A stretch of 64,000 nucleotides of DNA from positions 1 through 64,000 of IMG/VR virus record IMGVR_UViG_3300002220_006617. The stretch is one strand, 5' to 3'. Origin of the DNA: a virus (Duplodnaviria > Caudoviricetes). Positions 9,733-19,002 of the stretch are shown here, piece by piece. The translations under genes and the position numbers were made by a program. Numbering within the stretch: position 1 is the first letter of the stretch; each line of letters starts with the position of its first letter. The notes beneath the pieces were generated by a model that saw nothing but the letters and a program-made list of their open reading frames with translations, made no database searches and was not told where the DNA came from.

Positions 9733-10159
9733 ATGTAACATCTGCCATCACGGATCCGATGTCATTATCACCGACAAACCCAGCGGCCTGAAACTCTGCT
9801 GTAACTGTGCAACCCTCCTCAACGTCACCCTCCCGCAGGACCTGCCGTTCGACCGGGTAATCCACAGTGAACATTTCCACCTGTATATCCGGGACAACCT
9901 GTTTGTCAAAGGATTCTACACGGATAAATGCATCATCCGCATACCCCCGCGGGTTTTACTGCCGATCAATGACGAGACGCTTACTCAAATACTCGTCCGG
10001 GTCAATGGCATTTATACAAAAAACCAGGTATGCTGCGGGGGATGTAATCAGACAATCCATCCGGACTGGATCGGGGCATGGGAAAACCATTTACCCTATT
10101 GCCGGTCCTGTCGGTCGTCCCTCGCCACATTTGGTGTGAGGGTAGAAGACGGTGTATAA
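9725..10159 (+). CDS. Zn-finger protein
   Basis: four CxxC pairs. Confidence 0.6.
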   Translation: MTECNICHHGSDVIITDKPSGLKLCCNCATLLNVTLPQDLPFDRVIHSEHFHLYIRDNLFVKGFYTDKCIIRIPPRVLLPINDETLTQILVRVNGIYTKNQVCCGGCNQTIHPDWIGAWENHLPYCRSCRSSLATFGVRVEDGV

Positions 10160-10514
10160 AGAAATAAAGGGAACCATAACCTCTGATCTGGGCACTACCG
10201 AATTCACCATCAACAAACCATTCGGCTGGGTACAAAACGGAGAGGATCTCCTCGCTCTTGAAGATCACATGTATCTCTGCCAGGATCTCCAGGACCTTTT
10301 TGATGAAACCAATGAAATGCTCAAAATTGAAGAAAACGGCGAACTACAGATAAAAGACCTTACTGAAAACTTCTCGCTCAGAACCTATTGGGTCTGCCCC
10401 AGCTGCGGAACGCCATTACCGCCAAACACCATTGAACGGACCGATAACGTCATGACCTGTCCGGAATGCGAGTATAAAGGCAATTACGAGATCCCAACAG
10501 AGATGTTAATTTAA
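10152..10514 (+). CDS. Zn-ribbon protein
   Basis: CPSCG...CPEC. Confidence 0.6.
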   Translation: MYKEIKGTITSDLGTTEFTINKPFGWVQNGEDLLALEDHMYLCQDLQDLFDETNEMLKIEENGELQIKDLTENFSLRTYWVCPSCGTPLPPNTIERTDNVMTCPECEYKGNYEIPTEMLI

Positions 10515-10516
10515 AA

Positions 10517-10535
10517 AGTGACATTTGTTTTTAAC
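10517..10535 (+). promoter_or_regulatory. AGTGAC-N5-TATA promoter of structural operon
   Basis: AGTGAC atttg TTTTTAAC. Confidence 0.65.
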
Positions 10536-10559
10536 CCACCTTCTCCCTTTTTTCACCAT

Positions 10560-10739
10560 ATGTTCTTTAAGAATTCTGCCATCACTCCGACCGCAGTTAA
10601 AATCCGCGGAATGAATATGACGGCAAAAGTAATCCGTGCTGACGGGACCGTTGAAAAACTGGGGATCATATGCTCCTCAAACCCTGTCCTAAAAGTATGG
10701 ATTCGCATGAAGGATCTCTGGAGAAAACTGGTGAACTGA
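10560..10739 (+). CDS. small virion-associated protein
   Basis: AKVIRADGTVEKLG; ATG 24 nt after TATA. Confidence 0.55.
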   Translation: MFFKNSAITPTAVKIRGMNMTAKVIRADGTVEKLGIICSSNPVLKVWIRMKDLWRKLVN

Positions 10740-10740
10740 A

Positions 10741-11094
10741 ATGGCAACCGTACTTACTGATGTCGGAGAAGCTTGGATCGTAACCAAGATCAATGTTGCA
10801 ACGAAAGCAGAATATGTGGGCTGGGGTACCGGGGCCGGAACCGCCGCAAAAGCAGATACCACCCTGAGCACCGAGGCTGCAGAAACCCGGGTTGCAGGAA
10901 CTATCACAACCTCTCCCGGCGATCATTACACGGTTGTTTCAACATTAACCTCGGCTTCCGCCCAGACCATCACCAACGCAGGTCTGTTCACCGCAGTTAC
11001 CGGCCCTTCGCTGATCATCCACGGCGACTTCACCGGGATCCCCCTGGGGATCGGAGATAAGATCGAATTCACCATGGACCTGGAAATTACCTGA
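10741..11094 (+). CDS. virion structural protein (tail-fibre base/collar-like)
   Basis: YVGWGTG..AAKADTTL..E..ETR, TITNAGLF, GDKIEFT. Confidence 0.75.
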   Translation: MATVLTDVGEAWIVTKINVATKAEYVGWGTGAGTAAKADTTLSTEAAETRVAGTITTSPGDHYTVVSTLTSASAQTITNAGLFTAVTGPSLIIHGDFTGIPLGIGDKIEFTMDLEIT

Positions 11095-11143
11095 TTCGAT
11101 AATCCCCCATCTATTTACCTTTTTATCTGATGCGGTGTGATTA

Positions 11144-13075
11144 ATGGCAACCAAATACTATCTTCTGGCGGATTCAGCAACCGGGGCCGTACCCAACGCC
11201 AAACAATCAGCTGACACCATTACCCACGATGTTGCTGCATCGTATGCCACATATGCAGTTCCTGCTAAACTGTCCATCACTGCCGGCGCAGCAGATACAG
11301 AAAACTCTGCATCAGTTGGCGGATATACTGCTGCCCACAACACCCATTACGGTTCATGGATCAGCGATCCGCTTGCCGCCCAGACAATCTCCGGCACCAT
11401 AACCATTGCTCTTGCAATGGCCCAGGGTAACAATAAATCCGCGAATTTTGCCCGGGTCAAAGTTTACAAATGGCTGGCCAACGATACCTTCGGGAGTGAC
11501 CTCCTGGCCCTGACCACCTGCGAAACAGAGATTCTGGCAGCATTCCCCTCAGCACCCGCAACATTCTTTGCAGCAGTGTCTATCACATCAACTTCATTTG
11601 CAGCAGGCGACCGGATTGTCATTGAAATCGAATCTGCTGATACTGCAACGTCAACTACTTCGTATCTTCACGGGATCCGGTTCGGTGGCGCTGATGCCGG
11701 CGCATACGGGTCATATGTCGAGTTCTCGGCAACTATTACCCCCCCAACAACCACGTACCAGCAAACCCTTGCGGTAACAGAAACCACAAATCCCCTGATT
11801 GGAGCTGCCAAAAAAATCATAGCCAACCTCACAGTGGCCGAAGGAACCGCTATCTCACTAACCTGCCGGTCGACATTTTCCAGGATACTTTCTGCCATTA
11901 CAACTCCATCCACTGCAATTACAAACCTATTCACCTGGAAACGATTACTGACTGTAACCGAAACCGCAACCAGTACACTCTCAAAAATATCATCATATTA
12001 CAAAACCTTGGCCATCACCGGAACAGTAACCGCAAAAATCAACCGGATGATGAATAAGATACTGGCGGTCACTGAATCAGTATCAACACTATTAACTGCG
12101 GTCAAAGCCGGTGTAACCAGGACCCAGACACTTGCCGTAACCGGCGTAACTTCATGTTCCCTGACCTGTAAAAACACATTCATCCGCACTTTATCAGTTA
12201 TTGGAACTGCCGGCACCACAATTGCCCGGACCCTGTCATTCTACCGGAACCTTGCAGTTACCGGAACCGTCACAACCCTCCTCAATAAACAACGGAATAT
12301 ACTCCTCACAGCCACCACAATTGCTTCAAGTGCAATCACTCTGAAAAAAGAATTTTACCGGACCTTATCAACCGTCGAAACAGCCGGGATATCAATCCTC
12401 AAGAAAAACTACAAAACAATCTCTGCACTCATATCGGCAAACCTGATCCTAAATGCCATCGAAGTAATTGAAGGTGCCATTACTTACTATATCACCTGCC
12501 CAGTCCAATCAGCCGGACAAATTACTTTCCAGAAAACCCGCACAGTAATCAGAACATTATCAGCACTTGTAACTACAATACCTGCCAGAACCTCTGTATC
12601 ACAATTCTACCGCACGTTATCGATTCAGACCGTCAATCTGACATCAACTATCAAAAAAGGCTTTAAAACCATGTTGGTACAAGCCGCGGGCGCAACAACT
12701 ACTTTCAAGAAAATCAGCAAAACAATACTATCCGTCAGCACCGGGATACCAACCATTTCAAAGTCAGCCCTCCATTTCCTGATCTTATCAACAACAACCC
12801 TTGCAAAAATAACCATATCAGCAGGTGGACGACGGATTTACCAAACACTCACCGTCACAACAACCGCAATCCCATCCCTGACAAAAACAATGTTCATCAC
12901 GTTATCGGCAACCATTACCGGAACACTGCGGCTCTTTGCAGGCCGGATCTGGAATATCATTGTAACCAAACACGGTACGACATCCCTTATTGTAGAAAGA
13001 CAGGAAACAATGACATCATCAATCGGGGGTTCAAGCGACTTCCATAAAGAAAAAAGACATAAGGAGGATATGTAA
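11144..13075 (+). CDS. Thr-rich tail fibre/adhesin with ~20-aa repeats
   Basis: beta-sandwich N-terminus then repeated (F/Y)xRTLxV units. Confidence 0.7.
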   Translation: MATKYYLLADSATGAVPNAKQSADTITHDVAASYATYAVPAKLSITAGAADTENSASVGGYTAAHNTHYGSWISDPLAAQTISGTITIALAMAQGNNKSANFARVKVYKWLANDTFGSDLLALTTCETEILAAFPSAPATFFAAVSITSTSFAAGDRIVIEIESADTATSTTSYLHGIRFGGADAGAYGSYVEFSATITPPTTTYQQTLAVTETTNPLIGAAKKIIANLTVAEGTAISLTCRSTFSRILSAITTPSTAITNLFTWKRLLTVTETATSTLSKISSYYKTLAITGTVTAKINRMMNKILAVTESVSTLLTAVKAGVTRTQTLAVTGVTSCSLTCKNTFIRTLSVIGTAGTTIARTLSFYRNLAVTGTVTTLLNKQRNILLTATTIASSAITLKKEFYRTLSTVETAGISILKKNYKTISALISANLILNAIEVIEGAITYYITCPVQSAGQITFQKTRTVIRTLSALVTTIPARTSVSQFYRTLSIQTVNLTSTIKKGFKTMLVQAAGATTTFKKISKTILSVSTGIPTISKSALHFLILSTTTLAKITISAGGRRIYQTLTVTTTAIPSLTKTMFITLSATITGTLRLFAGRIWNIIVTKHGTTSLIVERQETMTSSIGGSSDFHKEKRHKEDM

Positions 13076-13077
13076 AC

Positions 13078-13392
13078 ATGAGCAGAATCTATCCCGGAGA
13101 TTATGGTATACTCATCACCTATGAAATTGCCAGCGGCCTTACTGCCCAGCAAGTGACTGATGCAACCCTTATCGAATTCACGATCATTTCACCCGAGACC
13201 GGATCAATAAACACGGTCACTGCCACACGAAACGTTCTGCAGTTACAGTATACAACACTTCCCGGAGAAATCGAAGAAGCCGGAGATTACGAGATCTGGC
13301 CCTGGTTACAATGGGGAAGCGTAACCGGCAAATGGCTGGACCCGATGTATCTATCCGTAACCCCCAAGAACGAGAAAATCGTTACCGCTTGA
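13078..13392 (+). CDS. Ig/BppU-like virion protein
   Basis: YPGDYG, LQYTT..GEIEEAGDY pattern. Confidence 0.6.
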   Translation: MSRIYPGDYGILITYEIASGLTAQQVTDATLIEFTIISPETGSINTVTATRNVLQLQYTTLPGEIEEAGDYEIWPWLQWGSVTGKWLDPMYLSVTPKNEKIVTA

Positions 13393-13408
13393 CGGTTACC
13401 ACGCCTCA

Positions 13409-13463
13409 CCGCCCATCGGGTAACCCCCCGCCCTGATGGACGAGGGGATACTCCGTTGGTCGG
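13409..13463 (+). repeat. conserved hairpin element copy 2
   Basis: CCGCCCATCGGGTAACCCCCCGCCC-TGAT-GGACGAGGGGATACTCCGTTGGTCGG. Confidence 0.9.
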
Positions 13464-13568
13464 ACGATCCCGGGTAATTGTTATTGAATCCTTTTTTAAG
13501 GATAAACAACTAACATTTTAAGGTAGCCGCTTGGATCAGCAACCCAGCCGGCGGGATAACAGACGACT

Positions 13569-13901
13569 ATGGCTCAGTTTACACAGCTTACAGCCCCCGT
13601 GGTCGAGTCCTATCAGGGATTCCCGACCATCAAGATCCCGGTAGAAGGCGGAAAGCCGATTACCATGGGTGTGTTCAAGATCAAGATGCTCATGAAAGAG
13701 CTTCCCGAAATCCGCATGGCGCTTGTCCAGCACCGTGCGAAAGCAGTCAACATGGACGCTGATCCTTACAAGTTCACGCTTGAAGGCAAGTATCCTTACA
13801 ACCTGGATATCACCAGCACAATGGCCGAGGCCCTCAACAAGTGGGAAGGCAACATTGTGGTCTTCATCAACGACAACGACAAGAAGAAGGGTGGACAGTA
13901 A
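13569..13901 (+). CDS. hypothetical protein with internal duplication
   Basis: two copies of (Y/P)..xI..EG(G/K).P; own TATA at ~13516. Confidence 0.7.
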   Translation: MAQFTQLTAPVVESYQGFPTIKIPVEGGKPITMGVFKIKMLMKELPEIRMALVQHRAKAVNMDADPYKFTLEGKYPYNLDITSTMAEALNKWEGNIVVFINDNDKKKGGQ

Positions 13902-14317
13902 TGTCGCCCTCCGTCGAGTCAATCAAATCTGAACTCAAGAAGACGGAACACCGTATCAAAAGAAAGGTCAACAGCCTGCGCCTGAAAGACCGGTTCAAGG
14001 TATTCTCCACGACATTCACCAAGAACCTCTTTGGCTGCATGGTCCTGCTTCTGGTCCTTTGTGCAACCGTCAAGATCCTCTGGCCATATACCATGAGTGT
14101 TCTGGACTTCATCCTGCTGGTCCTCATCTTCAACATTGTCCTGGCCCTTGTCAGTGCAATCACCTGGAGCCCTGCAAAACAGCTCTCATCTATGCTCAGT
14201 GCAATGCAGAACGACATAATGGTGAAAGCGGCGGCTCACAAAGAATGCGATCACAACTCATGTGCCTGCAAGACGCCCCGCGGAGTTCAACCGGATGATA
14301 CAGTTTTCATGTCCTAG
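13901..14317 (+). CDS. membrane protein, 2 TM
   Basis: TAATG coupling; two hydrophobic helices. Confidence 0.65.
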   Translation: MSPSVESIKSELKKTEHRIKRKVNSLRLKDRFKVFSTTFTKNLFGCMVLLLVLCATVKILWPYTMSVLDFILLVLIFNIVLALVSAITWSPAKQLSSMLSAMQNDIMVKAAAHKECDHNSCACKTPRGVQPDDTVFMS

Positions 14318-15023
14318 CGGGGACCTCAAACTTTTTGTCGAGACCCTCGGATCCCTTCTCGTTGAAGCCAAGATCCATGTCAGTCCGACCGGCCTGAGTG
14401 CAATAGCCGTCGATTCAGCGAACGTTGCCATGGTCCTCAGCAAATACGATCTCGCCATCGATACTGCAGAAGAACTTGTTATCGGTATCGACCTCGAGAA
14501 ACTCCGCAAACTTCTCAACGTAGTCGAATCCCTGGAACTTAAAGTGACCATCAACGAAGGAACGCTGACCCTCATAAGCGACGACTGGGAAAATTCCATC
14601 CGGCTTCTGGATATCAGCACGATCCGCCGGGAACCAAACCCCCCTTCACTCACAGCCCTGGATTCCAAGTTCACTGACGAAAAAAAGATGATCCCGGCAG
14701 CAATCAAAAAGATCGTTTCGGTCGGTGCAGAAAAGATCATCTTTGAGATCAAAGACAGCGTCGTCACCATGAAAAACGGCGATACCGGTGAAGACTGCAA
14801 CAAACGCACATTCACATCCGAAGAACTGATCAGTCCTTCAGGAAATGCCACCGCAATGTTTGCCAAGGATTACCTGTCAAGCCTCGAAACTATTCTCAAG
14901 AAACTGCATACCGTTGTATACGAAATGCATACTGATCATCCCATCAAGATCACTGCACAAAACCAGCCCGGTTCAATCGTAGCCACATATCTCGTAGCAC
15001 CCCGGATTGAATCTGCAGACTGA
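14295..15023 (+). CDS. pcn: PCNA sliding clamp
   Basis: AVDSANVAMV, IGIDLEKL, DHPIKI, YLVAPRIE. Confidence 0.92.
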   Translation: MIQFSCPSGDLKLFVETLGSLLVEAKIHVSPTGLSAIAVDSANVAMVLSKYDLAIDTAEELVIGIDLEKLRKLLNVVESLELKVTINEGTLTLISDDWENSIRLLDISTIRREPNPPSLTALDSKFTDEKKMIPAAIKKIVSVGAEKIIFEIKDSVVTMKNGDTGEDCNKRTFTSEELISPSGNATAMFAKDYLSSLETILKKLHTVVYEMHTDHPIKITAQNQPGSIVATYLVAPRIESAD

Positions 15024-15159
15024 TTTTCTTTTCTTTAATTTTTATTTTTCGCCCGGGAATATTATGTTACCAATAGCAAATCCATAACCTTCTTAAAATT
15101 AAACCCCTAATCTACCAAGTCATCAACTCCAAAACATTCTACAAAGGAGATCTTCCACT

Positions 15160-15477
15160 TTGCGCATAACAATCCACGACAACCCTGTAGAAGAAATGAC
15201 AAAGAATGTCGATACCCACTTTTTCAAAACCTCCCGCGAAAAAGATGTCTACCTGGCCCAACTTTCCAAACTAGCCGGCCAAACGTACCTTGGTGTCGAG
15301 GGTATCACTGATTATACCTACACCCCCCGAAAAGGACAGATAAAGTTGCTCATCGACGAAAAATCCAGAACCTTCTTCGATGTCCCCTCAATTGTAGTTG
15401 CCAAAGTCGAATGGTGTATCACCATGACAATAATACCGCTTCTGACGGAACTGCCCTTCCTGATCGCTGTCGATTAG
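15160..15477 (+). CDS. hypothetical protein
   Basis: AGGAG RBS, TTG start. Confidence 0.55.
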   Translation: MRITIHDNPVEEMTKNVDTHFFKTSREKDVYLAQLSKLAGQTYLGVEGITDYTYTPRKGQIKLLIDEKSRTFFDVPSIVVAKVEWCITMTIIPLLTELPFLIAVD

Positions 15478-15521
15478 GGTAACCCTTACGGCTGCGGCCG
15501 TTCGGGATACTCCTATCGCCA
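15468..15521 (+). repeat. conserved hairpin element copy 3 (TGCG loop)
   Basis: CGATTAGGGTAACCCTTACGGC-TGCG-GCCGTTCGGGATACTCCTATCG. Confidence 0.85.
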
Positions 15522-15556
15522 CCGTCTTTTTTTATAATCAACATCAATCCCAGACC

Positions 15557-15575
15557 AGTGACATCAATTAAAATG
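15557..15575 (+). promoter_or_regulatory. AGTGAC-N5-TATA promoter
   Basis: AGTGAC atcaa TTAAAATG. Confidence 0.6.
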
Positions 15576-15603
15576 ATTCTGTTCCTAAAGAATCACGAAC
15601 CTG

Positions 15604-15981
15604 ATGCCAGCAGTTGATATACAATCAAAACTAAGAAAGATAGGCCAATTGTTCGGCGTATACGTTCTTGCTTATAAAGAGAAAAAGCACGACGTATACC
15701 TGGCAGAGTTCAACGCATACACCCGCCAACAACTCCGCGGGACCGGAGCAATGAAAACCATCATCCGGATATGCAGACAATATGGCTTCAAACACATCAA
15801 TCTCGTTGCATGCCCCATCGGGTCGCTTGACGGTACAGAAACTCCAGCAACAGAATCTAACGTCAACCGGCTGGTGAACTGGTATACTCAATTCGGGTTC
15901 CAGCTCAAGGACAAGATCTCATACATGTATGGGAACGAGATGATCCTTCCACTCACAGACGATCAGGACAACTCAAAATGA
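15604..15981 (+). CDS. GNAT-family acetyltransferase
   Basis: LRGTG acetyl-CoA loop, LVNWYTQFGF. Confidence 0.75.
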   Translation: MPAVDIQSKLRKIGQLFGVYVLAYKEKKHDVYLAEFNAYTRQQLRGTGAMKTIIRICRQYGFKHINLVACPIGSLDGTETPATESNVNRLVNWYTQFGFQLKDKISYMYGNEMILPLTDDQDNSK

Positions 15982-16418
15982 TTACTGATGAAAACCGACG
16001 GATTTACCGTCAGGCTATGACCCGGTACGGGATCGTCAAACAAACCAATCAGACGGTCCAGGAACTCGGTGAATGTATCATGGCCTGCACAAAGTACCTG
16101 CAGAAAATCTACTGGGCTGAACCCGTCGCCCAAGAGAAGTTCAACAAATACATGGACAACCTGGCAGAAGAAATCGCTGACGTCCAGATCATGACTGAAC
16201 AACTCACCGATTATCACGGTATTGAAGATCAGGTTGCCCGGTGGAAAGAACAAAAAATCCAACGCCTTGTATTCCGCATGGCCGGGGGTGACGCACATGG
16301 GAAAAAATGTAACGATCGATATGAACGGGAAATCAATCCCCTTCAAGAACGGAAACCTCAACCAGGAAGTTCCGGTCTTACCGAAAAAATCAAAGAGATC
16401 ATCCAAAGGTTCGCATGA
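15978..16418 (+). CDS. MazG-like NTP pyrophosphohydrolase
   Basis: QELGE...EEIADVQIM. Confidence 0.8.
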   Translation: MITDENRRIYRQAMTRYGIVKQTNQTVQELGECIMACTKYLQKIYWAEPVAQEKFNKYMDNLAEEIADVQIMTEQLTDYHGIEDQVARWKEQKIQRLVFRMAGGDAHGKKCNDRYEREINPLQERKPQPGSSGLTEKIKEIIQRFA

Positions 16419-16660
16419 ATGAACCAACCCGGAAGAAAATTCTCGATCTCATTGCCCACACCACTGTACAACCCGGCGGCTGGACGGATATCCGTCTCGA
16501 GGACCAAACCGATCCTCACATTTTCTTCACCCACCTGCTCAAATCGGATCTTGCAGACCACATCAAACTCTGTGACAGATCATCACTCAGCATAACGCTA
16601 CTCAACAACCACACCATCATCATCAAAAGGAATCCGCTCAATGATATCGCCCAAATCTAA
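16415..16660 (+). CDS. hypothetical protein
   Basis: ATGA coupling. Confidence 0.5.
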   Translation: MNEPTRKKILDLIAHTTVQPGGWTDIRLEDQTDPHIFFTHLLKSDLADHIKLCDRSSLSITLLNNHTIIIKRNPLNDIAQI

Positions 16661-16880
16661 AATCGAGATTGCCATTCTCAGATCCCTGGAAACCACTCTC
16701 GGAACCGACCTTCAGAATCTCAACAGCACTGCTGACTACATCAAGCAAAACCCGCTTGAATGTCATATTGACGCAGGTATGATCATCACCGGTAACCGCG
16801 GCGGTATAGAACTTGCCCGGTACCGGGTCCAGGAACTGATCAAATCCCGTCAACCTGTTTCTATGGCCCCCACGGGGTAA
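16641..16880 (+). CDS. hypothetical protein
   Basis: ORF; stop lies inside hairpin copy 4. Confidence 0.55.
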   Translation: MISPKSKIEIAILRSLETTLGTDLQNLNSTADYIKQNPLECHIDAGMIITGNRGGIELARYRVQELIKSRQPVSMAPTG

Positions 16881-16922
16881 CCCCTGTGGCTGATGCCCCA
16901 GGGGATACTCCCTTGGTGGCCA
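16864..16922 (+). repeat. conserved hairpin element copy 4
   Basis: TGGCCCCCACGGGGTAACCCCTGTGGC-TGAT-GCCCCAGGGGATACTCCCTTGGTGGCCA. Confidence 0.9.
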
Positions 16923-16961
16923 CCATTATTGTTTCGTTAAAATATCATTCAAGGTTTCATC

Positions 16962-17588
16962 ATGACAGAACAGAATCGTCTTCAATACGGCAAAGGCAAA
17001 ATAAACTCTATCAACAACGATCTTGTTGATATCAACGGGGTGATGTTCCACGTTGCCGGCAAGAAAGCGCGGGATACCCTGAAAACCATGGTTGTCGGAC
17101 AGGAAATCAAGTTCGGCTACGACCCCGCAAGCCCTATGGACATCCTCTGGATCGGCACCGGTGACGTAAAATCAACGCCTGCAACAACGCCAATAATCGT
17201 TGTACCGCCAGCAATCGGGCAGACTTCACTTTCACCCCCTGCAGTCCCAAAGGTTGAAATCCCCCCGAATACTATATTCAAGGGCACAGGTTCAGAAGGT
17301 CTCCAGTCTGAAACCAAGATGGAAAAACCTTCTGCACCGGAAAAACCAGCAACCATTCCGGAGCCCGCTCCTGGTGCAGCAACCACAGATGACAACCTTC
17401 CAATACCCAACGCGGTAACCGTAACTGACAACCCCTCCACCAACACTCTCCAGATATATCTCAAATGTCTGGAGATCGGTGCATTAGGTCCTGGCGATTA
17501 CCGGAACTCTACAGACAGACCGAAAGCGGTCCTGGCTGCAGCAGACGAATATTATCTGCACGTCCTCAGGAAGTTCAACCTCGTATGA
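16962..17588 (+). CDS. hypothetical protein, OB-like N-terminus with Pro-rich linker
   Basis: domain pattern; TATA 25 nt upstream. Confidence 0.65.
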   Translation: MTEQNRLQYGKGKINSINNDLVDINGVMFHVAGKKARDTLKTMVVGQEIKFGYDPASPMDILWIGTGDVKSTPATTPIIVVPPAIGQTSLSPPAVPKVEIPPNTIFKGTGSEGLQSETKMEKPSAPEKPATIPEPAPGAATTDDNLPIPNAVTVTDNPSTNTLQIYLKCLEIGALGPGDYRNSTDRPKAVLAAADEYYLHVLRKFNLV

Positions 17589-17794
17589 ACGAACACAATT
17601 GTCCAACCAGCTGGCTTCACCCGAAAATGGAGATGGTTTCAACCGTCCCCATCGGTGAAGTATATTCCGGTATCAAAGCATACCTCTGGCAATGTCCGAA
17701 ATGCCGTACTGTCGCTACCCTCTGCGATAGGATGTGCAAGACCTGCCAGATAAACAAGAACTGTGACGATAGCACCGTCAATACACATTCATAA
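17585..17794 (+). CDS. Zn-ribbon protein
   Basis: WQCPKC; ATGA coupling. Confidence 0.55.
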   Translation: MNEHNCPTSWLHPKMEMVSTVPIGEVYSGIKAYLWQCPKCRTVATLCDRMCKTCQINKNCDDSTVNTHS

Positions 17795-17801
17795 ATTTTC
17801 A

Positions 17802-17955
17802 GCCTTCGTAGTTCAGTGGACGGAACGCCTGCCTTGTAACCAGGAGAGAACCCTAGAAAGGTTCACATGTGCCTTTCGATGATTGGGTGAGGTACACTAT
17901 AAGCCTCTCCTGACAAGTGAGCAGGATGCCGGGAGTTCGACTCTCCCCGAAGGCT
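17802..17955 (+). tRNA. tRNA-Thr(TGT) with 81-nt intron at 37/38 (17839-17919)
   Basis: GCCTTCG/CGAAGGC acceptor, CCTGC/GCAGG anticodon stem, GGGAG-TTCGACT-CTCCC; BHB-like CTTG/CAAG helix. Confidence 0.9.
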
Positions 17956-17957
17956 TT

Positions 17958-18380
17958 AGCCGAAATTGCAGTCGGCTCGTTATACTGGCTTGCGTTAAAA
18001 ACCAGCAGTTATCCGTGAAACTAAAAACGGAAGTAGGCTACCTAGTCAACTGCCGAAACCATGTTGATGCTTTCCGGTGATGTTCCCAAACCGGCGGGAT
18101 GGATGTTGCAATCATCTGCATCCCCGAGTAGGTCAGTTCCGGGTCATGCCGTGCTGATCCATTTGAGTCGTCTCGTAGAGAGGCTCAAAAAACCAAAACA
18201 TACATTTCAAGCATCACGCGATGACCGGCTCATCACCGGCTTCGTGCCTTGCCGTAAAGATGCAACAAGCAAGAGAAAGAGCAGTCTGCTAAGCCGGATA
18301 ATACATAGCTCGACCGCGGTTGACATTGAGATCAACCCGGATGGAAATCGAAGTTGCACGGCACTTTACGGCATTATTCA
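17958..18380 (+). ncRNA. putative large structured ncRNA
   Basis: many stems: TGATGCTT/AAGCATCA, CCGGCTT/AAGCCGG, TGCCGTAAAG/CTTTACGGCA. Confidence 0.6.
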
Positions 18381-18386
18381 ACAAGA

Positions 18387-18653
18387 GTTCCGTCGGCGTG
18401 GTGAGACACGCGAATCGAGTGTAAGAGAACTTCACGGTGAGACCGCGTAAAGTGAAAGACTCTGTAACATAGCGACATCCAACCACGGTATGGACATTAC
18501 CCCGTATACCCGGGATATGCCATATAAAAAGAGTACAGGTTTGCCTGTATATCGAAAGGTGTGGAAGTTGGAGGCACCAGGAGTCGGTATAAAACGAGGC
18601 GTCGGTACACGCCTATCTTACACGGAGCAGGTTTGAATCCTGCACGGAACACC
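18387..18653 (+). ncRNA. ~265-nt RNA with tRNA-like domain (tmRNA-like architecture)
   Basis: GTTCCGT/ACGGAAC acceptor, GTGTAAGA/TCTTACAC stem, GCAGG-TTTGAAT-CCTGC T-arm, ends ACC. Confidence 0.75.
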
Positions 18654-18656
18654 TTT

Positions 18657-18732
18657 GACCTCGTAACTCAGTCTGGTAGAGTGCCTGGTGGTATACACTG
18701 GGACGCCGCAGGTTCAAATCCTGCAGGGGTCG
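18657..18732 (+). tRNA. aberrant tRNA (9-nt anticodon loop TGGTATACA, identity undetermined)
   Basis: normal D and T arms; acceptor GACCTCG/AGGGGTC. Confidence 0.7.
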
Positions 18733-18928
18733 TTTTCCCGTTCACGCGGGATAATCTTTGAGGGTTATTTCCTCGTAAGGGGCGATCCAGAGCCTTGATC
18801 TGGATGTAGGAATAGACCGATGCCGACAAAAGAAGGTTACGTTTGCAGTGTAGCGGTAAATTACATTTGGGTTTCCGGCGATTCCGTTAAACCGGCAGGA
18901 GCGGCTGCGTGAACAGCCAAGATCCTTT

Positions 18929-19002
18929 GTCATCGTATCTCAGTTTGGTAGAGTGGGCGGTTGTTACCCGCCTTGTCGTAGGTTCGAGTCCTACCGATGA
19001 CG
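18929..19002 (+). tRNA. tRNA-Asn(GTT)
   Basis: GTCATCG/CGATGAC, GGCGG-TTGTTAC-CCGCC, G73. Confidence 0.92.
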
